A stretch of DNA of 64,000 nt from an uncultured delta proteobacterium (GCA_963848295.1 CAWKDB010000010.1:3232001-3296000), one strand, 5' to 3'; shown: positions 9,094-18,503, counted from the stretch's first letter. The notes: generated by a model not told the origin, from the sequence alone. Program-made: numbers and translations.

Positions 9094-10038
9094 CTACAGC
9101 TTGTAGCGATTCACCGTGCCGGCGATCGAGTTGGACCAGTAGAGATAGCCGTCCGCGATGACCAACCCGGTCTCGATCGGCTGGCCGGCGACGAGCACCG
9201 CCGGCGTGCCGCCGGTCTTGGCCATCGTCATGATCGCGTTCGTGCCGAAGTCGTACCAGTAGACGTTGGTCGCATCGACCGCGATGTCCTTCGCGAGGCT
9301 CTGACCCGACGCGAGCATCACCGGTGCGGTGTTGCCGTTCTTCGGCACCGAGTAGACCGTGCCGTCCATGTTGTCGGTCCAGTACACGGTCGTGTCGTCG
9401 AGCGCGATGCCCCACGGCTTGTGCAGCCCGGACACGAGCGGCGTCGCTCCGGGCGTGTCGAGCGCCGCCCACGAGATCGTGCCGCCCGGTTGATCGGTGT
9501 AGTAGACGTTCGTGGCGTCGATCGCGAGCGCGAACGGGCCGTCGCCCATCGCGAGCGTCAGCGCGGCACCGGGCGCGGTCGGCAAGCTCGTCACCGTGCC
9601 GGCGCCGGGATCGGTGATGTAGACGTTGTTCGAGTCGGACACGATGTTCCATGGCAAGAACGAGTTGGCGAGCTTCTGCTTGTCACCGCCGGCGATCGGC
9701 ACATACATCACCGTGCTGTCGCCGGAGTTCGTCCAGTACACGTTGCCGCCGACCGCGGTGACTCCGTACGGTGACGACAACCCGGTCGCGAGCGGCGTCG
9801 CGGCACCGCCGTCGCGCGGCGCCTTGCTCACGGTGTGGGCGTCGAGATCGAGGAAGTAGACATTGGTCGCATCGACCGCGAGATCGGCAGGGTGCATGAG
9901 CCCGGTCACGATCGCGACCGCTCCCGGGGGTGCATCCGGCGCCACATAGGAATCGACGGTTGGCGCGTCGGGCGTGTCCTGCGTGGTGTGCGTCGAACAG
10001 GCGGCGAGCAAGAGCGCGACGACTCCAGTGCGAATCAT
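9094..10038 (-). CDS. Lipoprotein, YWT(D/N)-type beta-propeller
   Basis: Lipobox LLAAC; about 40-aa repeats IAVDATNVYW/YWTD. Confidence 0.85.
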   Translation of the reverse strand: MIRTGVVALLLAACSTHTTQDTPDAPTVDSYVAPDAPPGAVAIVTGLMHPADLAVDATNVYFLDLDAHTVSKAPRDGGAATPLATGLSSPYGVTAVGGNVYWTNSGDSTVMYVPIAGGDKQKLANSFLPWNIVSDSNNVYITDPGAGTVTSLPTAPGAALTLAMGDGPFALAIDATNVYYTDQPGGTISWAALDTPGATPLVSGLHKPWGIALDDTTVYWTDNMDGTVYSVPKNGNTAPVMLASGQSLAKDIAVDATNVYWYDFGTNAIMTMAKTGGTPAVLVAGQPIETGLVIADGYLYWSNSIAGTVNRYKL

Positions 10039-10166
10039 GGCGCGCAAGATAGCAACAGACATACCAGCGCGGGTCAGAAATCGCCGGCCGTGCCGAGGGC
10101 GGCTACCTCAACAAACTGAGCTTCACCGGCGAGCGGACCTCTGTTTACTACCGGCTCCCGAGCCCG

Positions 10167-10629
10167 CTACGGGGAGACCGGAAAGCGCGTTACGAGATCG
10201 CCGATCGCCGCGTCGGCGGCGGTCAAGGCCGGGGTGTCGCCCCGATTGCCGACCGACATGAAGATGCGATCGATCGCCGGCGCGATCCACACGTCGGCGA
10301 CGTTCAACGTGTTCGAGCCGACGTGAGCGAGCGTGAGGCCGCCCGCCCACGACCGCGAGGTCACGATCCAGCCGTCCTCGAGCGTCGCGAGGGTGGGATC
10401 GCCGAGCTTGCGCACCCCGGTCACGCCTTCGCCGAGGATCGCGTGATCGTCAGCGGACGAGCGCGGCAAGCGCGGGCATGCCGTACTGCGCGGCGATCGG
10501 CGCGAGATCAGCCGACAAGTCGACGCCGCTCGCATCGGCAGCGACGTCCGGTGCGGGCGCGCTGTCACTGACCGCATGCGCGCCGTTGCCGCATGCGGCG
10601 ACCGCGAGCAACCAAGAAGTGTGCTTCAC
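10167..10629 (-). pseudogene. Serine hydrolase (beta-lactamase-related) lipoprotein remnant: frameshift near 10455 and internal deletion of the catalytic core
   Basis: N-terminal LAVAAC...GMPALAALV/ADDHAILGEGVTGVRKLGDPTLATLED joined directly to C-terminal GWIVTSRSWAGGLTLAHVGSNT; no SxxK. Confidence 0.7.
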
Positions 10630-10638
10630 AGCTCGACC

Positions 10639-11742
10639 TCACTTCGCCGTGATCGATACCGGCCAATAGCGAAAGCCGCCCGCGCCGTTCGCGCCGAGCT
10701 CTGATTCGACGTATACGAACGACGTCGCGCCCGACGTCGCGTTCGCGGGTACGCCGACCTCGAGCGTGGTCGCGCTGTCGTTGTTGAGCGTACGCTCGGC
10801 TAAAGAGACCGACGCGGTAAACCCCGGGTAGCCCGGATATGCCGTTGCCAGCAGCTGCCAGTCGCTCATCGGCGCGGTCGACCAACCGCGGATGTCGAGC
10901 GAGATGGTGGATCCGGCTGCCACGGTCGCGGTCGAAGGCGTCGCCGATGCGTCGAAGAAGGTACCGGCTGCAGCTGGTGCGCAGGGATCGCCGCCGGCCG
11001 CCGCTTGAGCGTTCGACCACACGGTCGGAACCACGTAGCCACCTTCCTCGTGCGGTAGATCGCACAGATCGGCGACCTCACCTTGCCACGCGCCGCTCAC
11101 GAACTGAAACGCCGGTGCGGTTAGCGGATCGGGATCGGTCGCCGCTTCGATCAGCTCGTGGCCCGCGCCGAGCTCGATGTTGGCGATCGACTCGGCCGAG
11201 CACGATGGAATCACCGCATAGCGAAACCCATTTGCGCTGGAGTGATAGGCCTGGCTGTTCATGTTGTCGAACCCGGAGCACGGGATAGCGAGATCGACGG
11301 TGGTCTGCGGCGGATAATAGATCATGAACAACGACTCGGGATTCGCCGAGAGCGTCGCATCGCCGAGCTTGCTCGTGATGAATGCTTGGATGTCGGCATC
11401 TGTCACTTCGACCGGCGCGTTGTCCGTCAGATCAACGGCGACGTGGCTGCCACCGAGCACGGCGTACTGCGTCCCCACGGTCGACCACCACTGCGACTGG
11501 ACGACCCAATCAGAGAACGCGTCGAGCGTAGGCCGATGCGGATCGTCGGCGAAACTCAGCGTGATGAGCTGCACGTGATCGAGGATCGCACCCCCGTTGT
11601 TCGGCATCTGCGGGATCGGTTCGTGAGGACCCGGCTGAAATCCGTTCGGTGCATCCGAGCTCTCGAATGCATCCGGCGCCGCCGCGGAGTGGCTTGCACA
11701 GCCGGCGAATACGACATACGCAAATACGCGGCGCATTGTCAT
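10639..11742 (-). CDS. Lipoprotein with HELIEAATDP motif (PHI-1/EXORDIUM-like, possibly metal-binding) and C-terminal beta-sandwich
   Basis: Lipobox VFAGC; AYHS, GHELIEAATDP, EVADLC. Confidence 0.65.
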   Translation of the reverse strand: MTMRRVFAYVVFAGCASHSAAAPDAFESSDAPNGFQPGPHEPIPQMPNNGGAILDHVQLITLSFADDPHRPTLDAFSDWVVQSQWWSTVGTQYAVLGGSHVAVDLTDNAPVEVTDADIQAFITSKLGDATLSANPESLFMIYYPPQTTVDLAIPCSGFDNMNSQAYHSSANGFRYAVIPSCSAESIANIELGAGHELIEAATDPDPLTAPAFQFVSGAWQGEVADLCDLPHEEGGYVVPTVWSNAQAAAGGDPCAPAAAGTFFDASATPSTATVAAGSTISLDIRGWSTAPMSDWQLLATAYPGYPGFTASVSLAERTLNNDSATTLEVGVPANATSGATSFVYVESELGANGAGGFRYWPVSITAK

Positions 11743-11821
11743 TTCTGTACCACCCGCAATCGCGATCCCCGTCGACTCCTCTTGTAACAACCCCGCGCGC
11801 TCGCAACGTCGTTAAGGACCC

Positions 11822-12385
11822 TTACTGGACTTGTTTCCATCGGTAGCAGCTCGTTAGGTGATCGTTAACGAGGCCGCACGCCTGCATGTGCGCGTACATG
11901 ATCGTCGAGCCGGCGAACTTGAAGCCGCGGCGCTTGAGCTCGGCAGCGAGCGCGTCCGAGGCGTCGGAGCGCGGGGGCAGCTGCTTGGTCTCGGTCCAGT
12001 TGTTGACCACGGGTTTGCCGCCGACGAACGACCAGATGAACTTGTCGAACGAGCCGTACTCCTTTTGGATCGCGAGAAACAACTTCGCGTTGGACACCGC
12101 GGCGCTGACTTTTAGCCGATTGCGCACGATGCCCGGATCGTGCAGCACCTTGGCGATCTGTTTCGGCGTGAATCGCGCGACCTTCACCGGATCGAACCCG
12201 GCAAAGTTCTTGCGATAGCCCTCGCGCTTGTTGAGGATCGTCGACCACGACAACCCGGCTTGCGCCCCCTCGAGGATCAAGAACTCGAAGTGGCGGCGGT
12301 CGTCGTGCACCGGCACACCCCATTCATCGTCGTGGTACGCCCACATCGCTTCGCTCGTCGCCCAGGCACAACGCGTCTTCGCCAC
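11822..12385 (-). CDS. tag: DNA-3-methyladenine glycosylase I
   Basis: RCAW, YHDDEWGVP, LEGAQAGLSW, IVRNRLK, GLVNDHLTSC. Confidence 0.96.
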   Translation of the reverse strand: MAKTRCAWATSEAMWAYHDDEWGVPVHDDRRHFEFLILEGAQAGLSWSTILNKREGYRKNFAGFDPVKVARFTPKQIAKVLHDPGIVRNRLKVSAAVSNAKLFLAIQKEYGSFDKFIWSFVGGKPVVNNWTETKQLPPRSDASDALAAELKRRGFKFAGSTIMYAHMQACGLVNDHLTSCYRWKQVQ

Positions 12386-12406
12386 GGCGCGACTCTAGCA
12401 GCTGGT

Positions 12407-12940
12407 TCAGCGTCCGCTCACGCTGCTAGCTGCACGACGCTCGCGCTCGCGCTCGCGGGGGTCCCAGATCCTCGCTTCTTTCACCTTCACCGTGCAGGTC
12501 GCACGCAGCGGCACGCCTGAAGAGCTGAACATCGTGTACTTCGTCGAGACCGACTCGATGACGCAGCGGAATGGTTTCATTCCTTGAATGCCCCACGCGA
12601 CCACGCACAGCGGCGGCGCGCGCAGCACCTCGTCGCTCGAGGTCGGATCGGTCGGCGTCGCGAGCGACTCGAGCGCCTCGATCATTGGCTCGATCGACGT
12701 GTTGTGCTCGTAGGTGTCGAACAGCAGCGCGAGTGTCATCGTCCGCGGCTCCGCGCCGGTGTATTCCAGCGCGAGCGGCCCGGTGCCCTGGCCTTTCGTG
12801 CCGACGCCGCCATGCGTCGTCCACTTCACCGGCTTGTCCCGCTGGAGGTCCGCCGGGTTGTACTGCGCCTCGATGGACAGAGCGCCGTCGACCGCGCCGA
12901 TCATCAACCGCTCCTGCGCATGCCCAAAAGGAATTGCCAT
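12407..12940 (-). CDS. Contractile injection system tube-like (CIS_tube, Afp7-like N-terminal) protein, no LysM domain
   Basis: QYNPADL, LEYTGAEPRTMTLALLFDTYE, PP...WG...FRCVIESV..KYTMF...GVPLRATCTVKVKE. Confidence 0.8.
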   Translation of the reverse strand: MAIPFGHAQERLMIGAVDGALSIEAQYNPADLQRDKPVKWTTHGGVGTKGQGTGPLALEYTGAEPRTMTLALLFDTYEHNTSIEPMIEALESLATPTDPTSSDEVLRAPPLCVVAWGIQGMKPFRCVIESVSTKYTMFSSSGVPLRATCTVKVKEARIWDPRERERERRAASSVSGR

Positions 12941-12983
12941 GCGCCACGTATCGGCACATGGCCCGCCCCGGTTGCGCAGAAAC

Positions 12984-13072
12984 GGGGACGGTGTTCACTT
13001 TGACAACCGCGACTCAGAGAGGGAACTAACGAAAACAGGCGCTTAACTGGGGACGGTGTTCACTTTGACAAC
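12984..13072 (+). repeat. REP-like direct-repeat doublet, subtype A (copies 12984-13008 and 13049-13072)
   Basis: GGGGACGGTGTTCACTTTGACAAC twice, 65 bp period; second copy holds the GH25 stop codon. Confidence 0.92.
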
Positions 13073-14481
13073 TGCGCACGCCGGCGCCGCCGTCGGCCGA
13101 CGACGAGCAGCGCCGCCATCGAGACGAGCGCGAGCGCATCGGGATCGCCACCTGCCTCGCAGCCGTGGTGATGCGCGGGCGGCTGGTCAGAGCCCGAGCC
13201 ATCGGGGTCGTCGAGCCGGGTGAGGCGAACCGCGTCGAACACGAGCTGTGCCATCTCCGCGCTCGGCTCACCGGTGTTGTCACCGAGATGGATCCATTGC
13301 TCGCCGCCGGCCGCGAAGTCGAACGTGCCGAGGGACTGCCAGCCGTCGACTGCGCTCTGATCGAGCACGACGTCTTGATCCGCGGCCGCGCCCGAGTGCA
13401 CGACGTACTTCGCTTGATGGGACGTCGCGTACGCCTGCGCGGTGTACACGTCGACTTGGTATGTGCCATCGCCGGTAAAATAGAGGTTCCACTGCGCGAA
13501 GTTCGCCTCGGTCGCCGCGTCGGTCGCGTGGGTCCAGATCAAGTCGCCTTGTTCACCCGCATCGGTGACGTGGCGCAGGTATGCCGGCGGGCCACCCGCC
13601 ACGAAGCACGCATCGCCGTCGTCGATCTCGAAGCTGTCGCCGATCTCGCCGCACGGTGGGCAATCCATCGGGCAGGAATCGCTGTCCTCGCTGCCGCTGC
13701 ACGTGCCGTCGCCGCACGTGCCGGCCATCGTGAACGTCATGAGATCCGCGAGCGTTCCGTCGAACACGTCGAGGTCGTGATCCGCGGTGCCGGCGACCCC
13801 ATCGACCGTGCCGGTATCGGTGTCTTGCCAGAACAGCCATTGCGTCCACGGATCGGGGATGTCCGGGCACGCCGCCGACGTGTACTGCGCGATCCACAGC
13901 GGCGAGGTTGTCACGTCGTAACCGCCGGTCAGCGTCGGCCACGAATACAGACCCGCATAGACGATCGGCGGCCGACCGATCGCAGCGGCGATGTGATCGA
14001 TCCACAGCTGGACCTGAGCGTCGACTTGCGCGGTGGTCAGCCCACCCGAGACTTCGAGATCGAGCACCGGCGGCAAGTCCCCGGGCTGTGGCGGGCCCAT
14101 CGCGGTGAGCAACAAGTCGGCTTGCGCGACCGCGTCCTCGGCCGGACGAAAGTATTGATAAGCGCCGCGGATGACGCCGGCGGCGCGCGCGGCGGGCCAG
14201 TACGTCGCGAACATCGGATCGGGATACTGCGTGCCGTCGCTGACTCGAATGAACGCGAAGTCGATCCCGGCGGCGTTCGCGGTGTCCCAATCGATCGCCG
14301 ATTCGTACGACGACACGTCCATCCCCGCGACGGTCGGGCCCGAGGCGCAAACAGTCGCGGCGGCGCTCGTCGCGGATTCGGGCTCGGGCTGTGCGCACGC
14401 AGCGACGGCGAGGAGTACGAGCGTGTAACACCGACGCAACACGGCGCGCACGATACGCCGAGCCGTCTGAATCTGCATCAA
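13060..14481 (-). CDS. GH25 muramidase + Cys-rich linker + golvesin/Xly-like beta-sandwich + MYXO-CTERM-like tail
   Basis: GMDVSSYE, AFIRVSDG, GAYQYF, PPVLDLE (DxE), LWIAQY, FWQ; DQSAVDGWQSLGTFDF...FDAVRL; GC...TM...RRRRRR; true start may lie about 13 codons downstream. Confidence 0.9.
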   Translation of the reverse strand: MMQIQTARRIVRAVLRRCYTLVLLAVAACAQPEPESATSAAATVCASGPTVAGMDVSSYESAIDWDTANAAGIDFAFIRVSDGTQYPDPMFATYWPAARAAGVIRGAYQYFRPAEDAVAQADLLLTAMGPPQPGDLPPVLDLEVSGGLTTAQVDAQVQLWIDHIAAAIGRPPIVYAGLYSWPTLTGGYDVTTSPLWIAQYTSAACPDIPDPWTQWLFWQDTDTGTVDGVAGTADHDLDVFDGTLADLMTFTMAGTCGDGTCSGSEDSDSCPMDCPPCGEIGDSFEIDDGDACFVAGGPPAYLRHVTDAGEQGDLIWTHATDAATEANFAQWNLYFTGDGTYQVDVYTAQAYATSHQAKYVVHSGAAADQDVVLDQSAVDGWQSLGTFDFAAGGEQWIHLGDNTGEPSAEMAQLVFDAVRLTRLDDPDGSGSDQPPAHHHGCEAGGDPDALALVSMAALLVVGRRRRRRAQLSK

Positions 14482-14503
14482 GAAAATGGTCGGACCTTTA
14501 CGT

Positions 14504-14563
14504 GATCGATTTCACGCAACCACACGGTGACTTGGGCCGATAGGGCCCGCGGAGGTCACCATG
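14504..14563 (+). promoter_or_regulatory. Conserved upstream block (GATCGAyTTCAC-GCAACC-N16-CGATAG-N5-GCGGAGGTCAyC-ATG), repeated at 14746-14805; candidate ECF-sigma promoter plus RBS
   Basis: Two aligned copies 242 bp apart, each directly before a small membrane gene; only the flanking blocks are conserved, not the 16-nt spacer. Confidence 0.5.
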
Positions 14564-14785
14564 TACATCGTCCTTGTTCTCGCCATCGCTTGTTGGGGAG
14601 GTTTCACATCGGCCGCGATTGCCCACAGCCGCAAGCACGCTCAGCTCTACTGGTTCGTGCTCGGGTTTGGCTTCCCGCTCCCCGCGGTCCTGTTCGCGTA
14701 CAGCTGGATCCCGCGCCTGCCGCCGATCCAATTGGCCTGGGCGCCGATCGACTTCACGCAACCGAGCCAGGCCTTCGGCCGATAG
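14561..14785 (+). CDS. Small 2-TM membrane protein (74 aa)
   Basis: GGAGG RBS; two hydrophobic helices; AIA..RK....YWFVLG..FPL. Confidence 0.7.
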   Translation: MYIVLVLAIACWGGFTSAAIAHSRKHAQLYWFVLGFGFPLPAVLFAYSWIPRLPPIQLAWAPIDFTQPSQAFGR

Positions 14786-14802
14786 ACAACGCGGAGGTCA
14801 TC

Positions 14803-15033
14803 ATGCTCGTCGTTCTCATCTTTGTCGTTTTTCTGGGAGCCTGCTTGTCGGCCGTGATCGCTGGCGGGAAGAACCGCAGTGGGATCGGTTGGTTCTTCAT
14901 CGGCATGCTGTTCCCGCTGCTCGGCGTGATCCTCGCGATCGTGTTGCCGCCGAACCCGCCGGCAGAAGTCGCTTCGCATTTGACCGACGCTTGGGGGCAG
15001 CCGCTCAACTGGTGGAACATCGACGCGAAGTAG
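14803..15033 (+). CDS. Small 2-TM membrane protein (76 aa), paralog of the upstream gene
   Basis: GGAGG RBS; AVIAGGKNRSGIGWFFIGMLFPLLGVILAIVLP. Confidence 0.75.
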   Translation: MLVVLIFVVFLGACLSAVIAGGKNRSGIGWFFIGMLFPLLGVILAIVLPPNPPAEVASHLTDAWGQPLNWWNIDAK

Positions 15034-15382
15034 TCGACCGTCCAATAGCTCGGGCACATGTGCGCTCGTGCCCGGTTCGCGTATGCGACTTCGGATGAGT
15101 CTTCATGCCGGCGATCGACGGCGCATCACTCGCACCATGACGACTCATCAAGGCCATGAACCTCGCATTCGCGAGCGTGCTCGTCATCGCGGTCGCCAGC
15201 TGCGGACATCGCGAGCGCGCGCCGGCGCCCGGTAGCGGCAGCGCGACGCCCGCCGCATCCGTCGTCGAGGATCCGACGACGCCGAGCCCACCTACCGTCA
15301 ACATCGCATCGACTCTGGCAGTCGACGCCGGCTTCGACGCGTTGCCGGGTCCAGCCACGGTCATCATCGCGCCCACCGCTAG

Positions 15383-17019
15383 CCCGGATCATTCGCGAAG
15401 GGAGCGCGCCGCGAGGAGCGCATCGCCGGAATTTCGGTGCCGGTACGCAGGTTTCGCTGTTTGTGAAGACAAACGAATTTGCCCACGCACCGACGACACC
15501 GTGTATTCCACCGATCGAGCTTCAGTTCCAGCGCCGCCGCGCGATTCTGAGCGCTGACGCCGAACAGGTGTCCTCCGATGGCGGCGTCGTGCTGCTGCGC
15601 AAGCTCGACGAGCGGTTGGAGCTGACGACGCGTCTGACAGCGTTACTCGGCGATCGGCGCGACTCAGCTCGAGTTCGGCATTCGCGCCTCGAGCAAGTCC
15701 GGCAGCGCGTCTATCAGATCTGCCTCGGCTACGAGGACTGCAACGATGCGGACTGGTTGCGCCACGATCCGGCACTTCGCCTGGCGTGCGACGCCGAAGA
15801 TCACGCGATGTCATCGCAGCCGACGCTGTCGCGGTTCGAAAACGCGATCACCGGTCGCGAGCTCAATCGGCTGACTCGCGCCTACGAGCAGGTCTACGTC
15901 GACGAACTCGTATCGACGACCGACCTGATCGTTCTGGACATCGACTCCACCGATGACCAGACCCACGGCAACCAGGAGCTCATGTGTTTCCACGGCTTCT
16001 ACGACCAGCACATGCTTCACCCGCTGCTCGTGTTCGACGCCCTGAGTGGGCAGCTGATCACCGCCTTGCTCCGGCCCGGGCGTGCGCACGCCGCCAAGGG
16101 TGCGATCACGATCCTCACGCGGCTGATTCGAGCCATTCGCCGACGGTGCCCCCACGCAAGCATCCTGGTGCGCGGTGACTCCGCGTTTGCGATGCCCAAG
16201 CTCCTCGATCGCCTCGAGCAGCTTGACGCCGAGCTCGGCGACGTCGAGTACGTGATCGGTGTCGCGAAGAATTCGCGGCTGCTGGAGTTTGCCAAGCCGC
16301 TGCGGTCCTCCGTCGAGGAGGAATTCCTCGACGGCAAGCGATTCGTTCGCCGCTTCACTTGGCTGTCGTACGCCTCGAAGTCCTGGCCCGCCGAGCGTCA
16401 CGTGATCTGCAAGGTCGAGCACAGCGAGCGCGGCGAGAATCCGCGATTCGTGGTGACCACGCTCGACGAGTTCTCCCCAGGTCTCATCTATGACGTCGCC
16501 TACTGCGCACGCGGGCAGTCGGAGAACTTCATCAAGGACCTCAAGAACGCGCTCCACGCCGATCGTCTGTCGTGTCACCGCTTCGTCGCCAACGCCTTCC
16601 GTCTCTTGCTGCACGCCATCGCCTACCGCTTGATGCATGCGTTGCGTGCCACCGTCGCGCGCGTCGCCCCTGCCACCGAGTATGTCTCCACCGATCGCGT
16701 TCGGCTCGCAACCGCCCAGATGGACACTCTTCGCTTGCGGCTACTCAAGGTCGCGGCTCACGTCACGGCATCCGTCCGCCGCGTCCTCGTCCGCCTGCCG
16801 CGAGCCTTCCCGCTCGCCCACATCTTCTTCGCCGTGGCGCGCGACCTCGGCGTCACGTAGTCGGCGATTCTTTGACAACCAGTGCGCCGCCTCCCGGATC
16901 GCCGACCGTTGCGGCGTGGCGCCGCGGCAACGATGCGAGCTCGCGACGTACCCTGACCGTGCGCGAGGCGGCTCCGCCGCCAAGCGCCGGTCAGCTGGAG
17001 CCATCACGAATGATCCGGG
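15383..17019 (+). mobile_element. IS1380-family insertion sequence, 1637 bp, CTAG target-site duplication
   Basis: IRL CCCGGATCATTCGCGAAGG and IRR (reverse complement) CCCGGATCATTCGTGATGG match 17/19; CTAG at 15379-15382 and 17020-17023. Confidence 0.95.
15463..16860 (+). CDS. IS1380-family DDE transposase
   Basis: SSDGG, GYEDCND, SQPTLSRFEN, LDIDST, RGDSAF, RGQSENFIKDLK. Confidence 0.96.
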   Translation: MKTNEFAHAPTTPCIPPIELQFQRRRAILSADAEQVSSDGGVVLLRKLDERLELTTRLTALLGDRRDSARVRHSRLEQVRQRVYQICLGYEDCNDADWLRHDPALRLACDAEDHAMSSQPTLSRFENAITGRELNRLTRAYEQVYVDELVSTTDLIVLDIDSTDDQTHGNQELMCFHGFYDQHMLHPLLVFDALSGQLITALLRPGRAHAAKGAITILTRLIRAIRRRCPHASILVRGDSAFAMPKLLDRLEQLDAELGDVEYVIGVAKNSRLLEFAKPLRSSVEEEFLDGKRFVRRFTWLSYASKSWPAERHVICKVEHSERGENPRFVVTTLDEFSPGLIYDVAYCARGQSENFIKDLKNALHADRLSCHRFVANAFRLLLHAIAYRLMHALRATVARVAPATEYVSTDRVRLATAQMDTLRLRLLKVAAHVTASVRRVLVRLPRAFPLAHIFFAVARDLGVT

Positions 17020-17144
17020 CTAGGTCGGTCGACGCCGCCCTCGACGGTGGACCTGCGGCTGGAGCCGTCAACGGCACCACGAACGGCACGCCGACGCCCG
17101 ACGCGTTCTAGCGCCGGAACGGGTCGGTCGGTGCGTCACGCCGG

Positions 17145-18488
17145 CTACGCCTTAGCCGCGGCGCGCTTCTTCGACGCCGGCTTCGCGCCGGATTTCTCGG
17201 CCTGCGTCGCCGCCTGCACCGGCCAAAATCCGACGACGAGCGCCGGGATCAGGGGCCACAGCAGCTCGGCCATCAGCGGCTGCTTGAACACGCCGATCAG
17301 CATGAGCAGGCCTTGCAGGACGAGCATCGCGACCCGGCCTCGCGCGTACAGCCGGCGCTTCTCGGGGCCCAGCACGAGGAGCAAGAAGTCGAACGGGAAG
17401 AACAGCAGGATGCTCTCGTTGATGTGGACGTATGGCAGCGGGCTGATCACCGCGAGGAACAACAAGATGCTGCCGAGCAACACGTACGGGATCACCGCGA
17501 CCGCCAGCGCCGTGCGCTGGAACCGACCGAATCGGCGCGACAGCACGACCGGAGCGGTGATCACCAGCGCGAACAACGCGAACAACACGCGACCGCTGTT
17601 CTCGGGAGTCCACGGCAGGCCGCGCTCGATGCACCCGGCCTCGGTGCTGTTGACACACTCGCGCCGCGTGTAGAACGCGCGCGGTTGGATGTGCCACTTC
17701 TTCGCGACCGCCTCGCGCAGGTATTGCGGCAGGAACATGCGCTCGTAGTACGTCGGCACGCGGTCGGTGCTGCGGCCCATCGCGATGTCGGTGATGAGCA
17801 GCGGAATGCGCATGCCGTAGAAGCCTTCGCGCGCCAGGTCGCGAAACGTCTTGCCGTCGGTCGGCTCGGTCATCCGCGACAGCTCGCCATGGGTGACGTC
17901 ATCGAGGATGTTGCGGACGCGCGTCGTGCAGTTGTCCTCGAAGTGATCGTAGGCGTAGTACTTGTTCTCTTCTTTGATGTCGAACTTGAGCTTGTCGACG
18001 ACCTTCCACGCCTGCTCGTCGCTGAGGTTGGTCAGCGGCTGGATCCAGATCGTTCGATCGGCGTTCTTGTAGACCCACAGCAGCTCCTCCGGCGACATCT
18101 CGGCGACCCAGAAGCTGTGCGTGCCGCGGAAGAATCCGGCGGCCATCGCCAGCGGATGCTCGAAGCTCGCGACGCCGTAGTTGTAGCAATCCTGGCGGTG
18201 GTCGGTGTACTCGACGCACAGCGCGATGTGGCCGTGGCGCTCCCAGATCTTCGAGCCGACTCCCATCGTGACCAGAATGATCTTGGGTCCGGGTCCCCGC
18301 GGCGTCTCGGACGGCGGTGCGCCGGAGCCCGAGCCCGAGCCCGAATCTGATCCGGAACCGGCACCGGCACCGGCCGCGGCAGCGGAACCCGACCCCGATC
18401 CCGCCGTCGCCGCGCGTACTGCGCAGACCGCCGTCACCACCGCAAAGAGCACCGCAGCACTGCGCGCGAACATCGACGTCCGCAGCAT
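17145..18488 (-). CDS. DUF4105 / Lnb-like membrane protein (candidate lipoprotein N-acyltransferase)
   Basis: Signal peptide, GS linker, GHIAL, YNYG, YAYDHFEDNCTTRVRNILD, MFLP, then 4-5 C-terminal TMs. Confidence 0.8.
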   Translation of the reverse strand: MLRTSMFARSAAVLFAVVTAVCAVRAATAGSGSGSAAAAGAGAGSGSDSGSGSGSGAPPSETPRGPGPKIILVTMGVGSKIWERHGHIALCVEYTDHRQDCYNYGVASFEHPLAMAAGFFRGTHSFWVAEMSPEELLWVYKNADRTIWIQPLTNLSDEQAWKVVDKLKFDIKEENKYYAYDHFEDNCTTRVRNILDDVTHGELSRMTEPTDGKTFRDLAREGFYGMRIPLLITDIAMGRSTDRVPTYYERMFLPQYLREAVAKKWHIQPRAFYTRRECVNSTEAGCIERGLPWTPENSGRVLFALFALVITAPVVLSRRFGRFQRTALAVAVIPYVLLGSILLFLAVISPLPYVHINESILLFFPFDFLLLVLGPEKRRLYARGRVAMLVLQGLLMLIGVFKQPLMAELLWPLIPALVVGFWPVQAATQAEKSGAKPASKKRAAAKA

Positions 18489-18503
18489 GCCACGCCTGCC
18501 GGG

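Larger units (their letters stand above)
15156..17111 (+). pseudogene. About 104-aa low-complexity lipoprotein interrupted by the IS1380 element (15156-15382 + 17024-17111)
   Basis: Lipobox AVASC; removing the IS and one CTAG restores the frame ...IIAPTA-R-SVDAALDGG...PDAF*. Confidence 0.8.

Noticed and set aside
12984..13072. Repeat doublets as CRISPR arrays
   Set aside because: Only two direct copies per locus, dispersed, one inverted copy, no cas genes or leader in the window, and the spacers share a positioned motif.
12407..14481. Prophage or complete eCIS locus (tube + lysozyme)
   Set aside because: No sheath, baseplate, capsid, terminase or integrase genes; the GH25 has host-type sorting signals.
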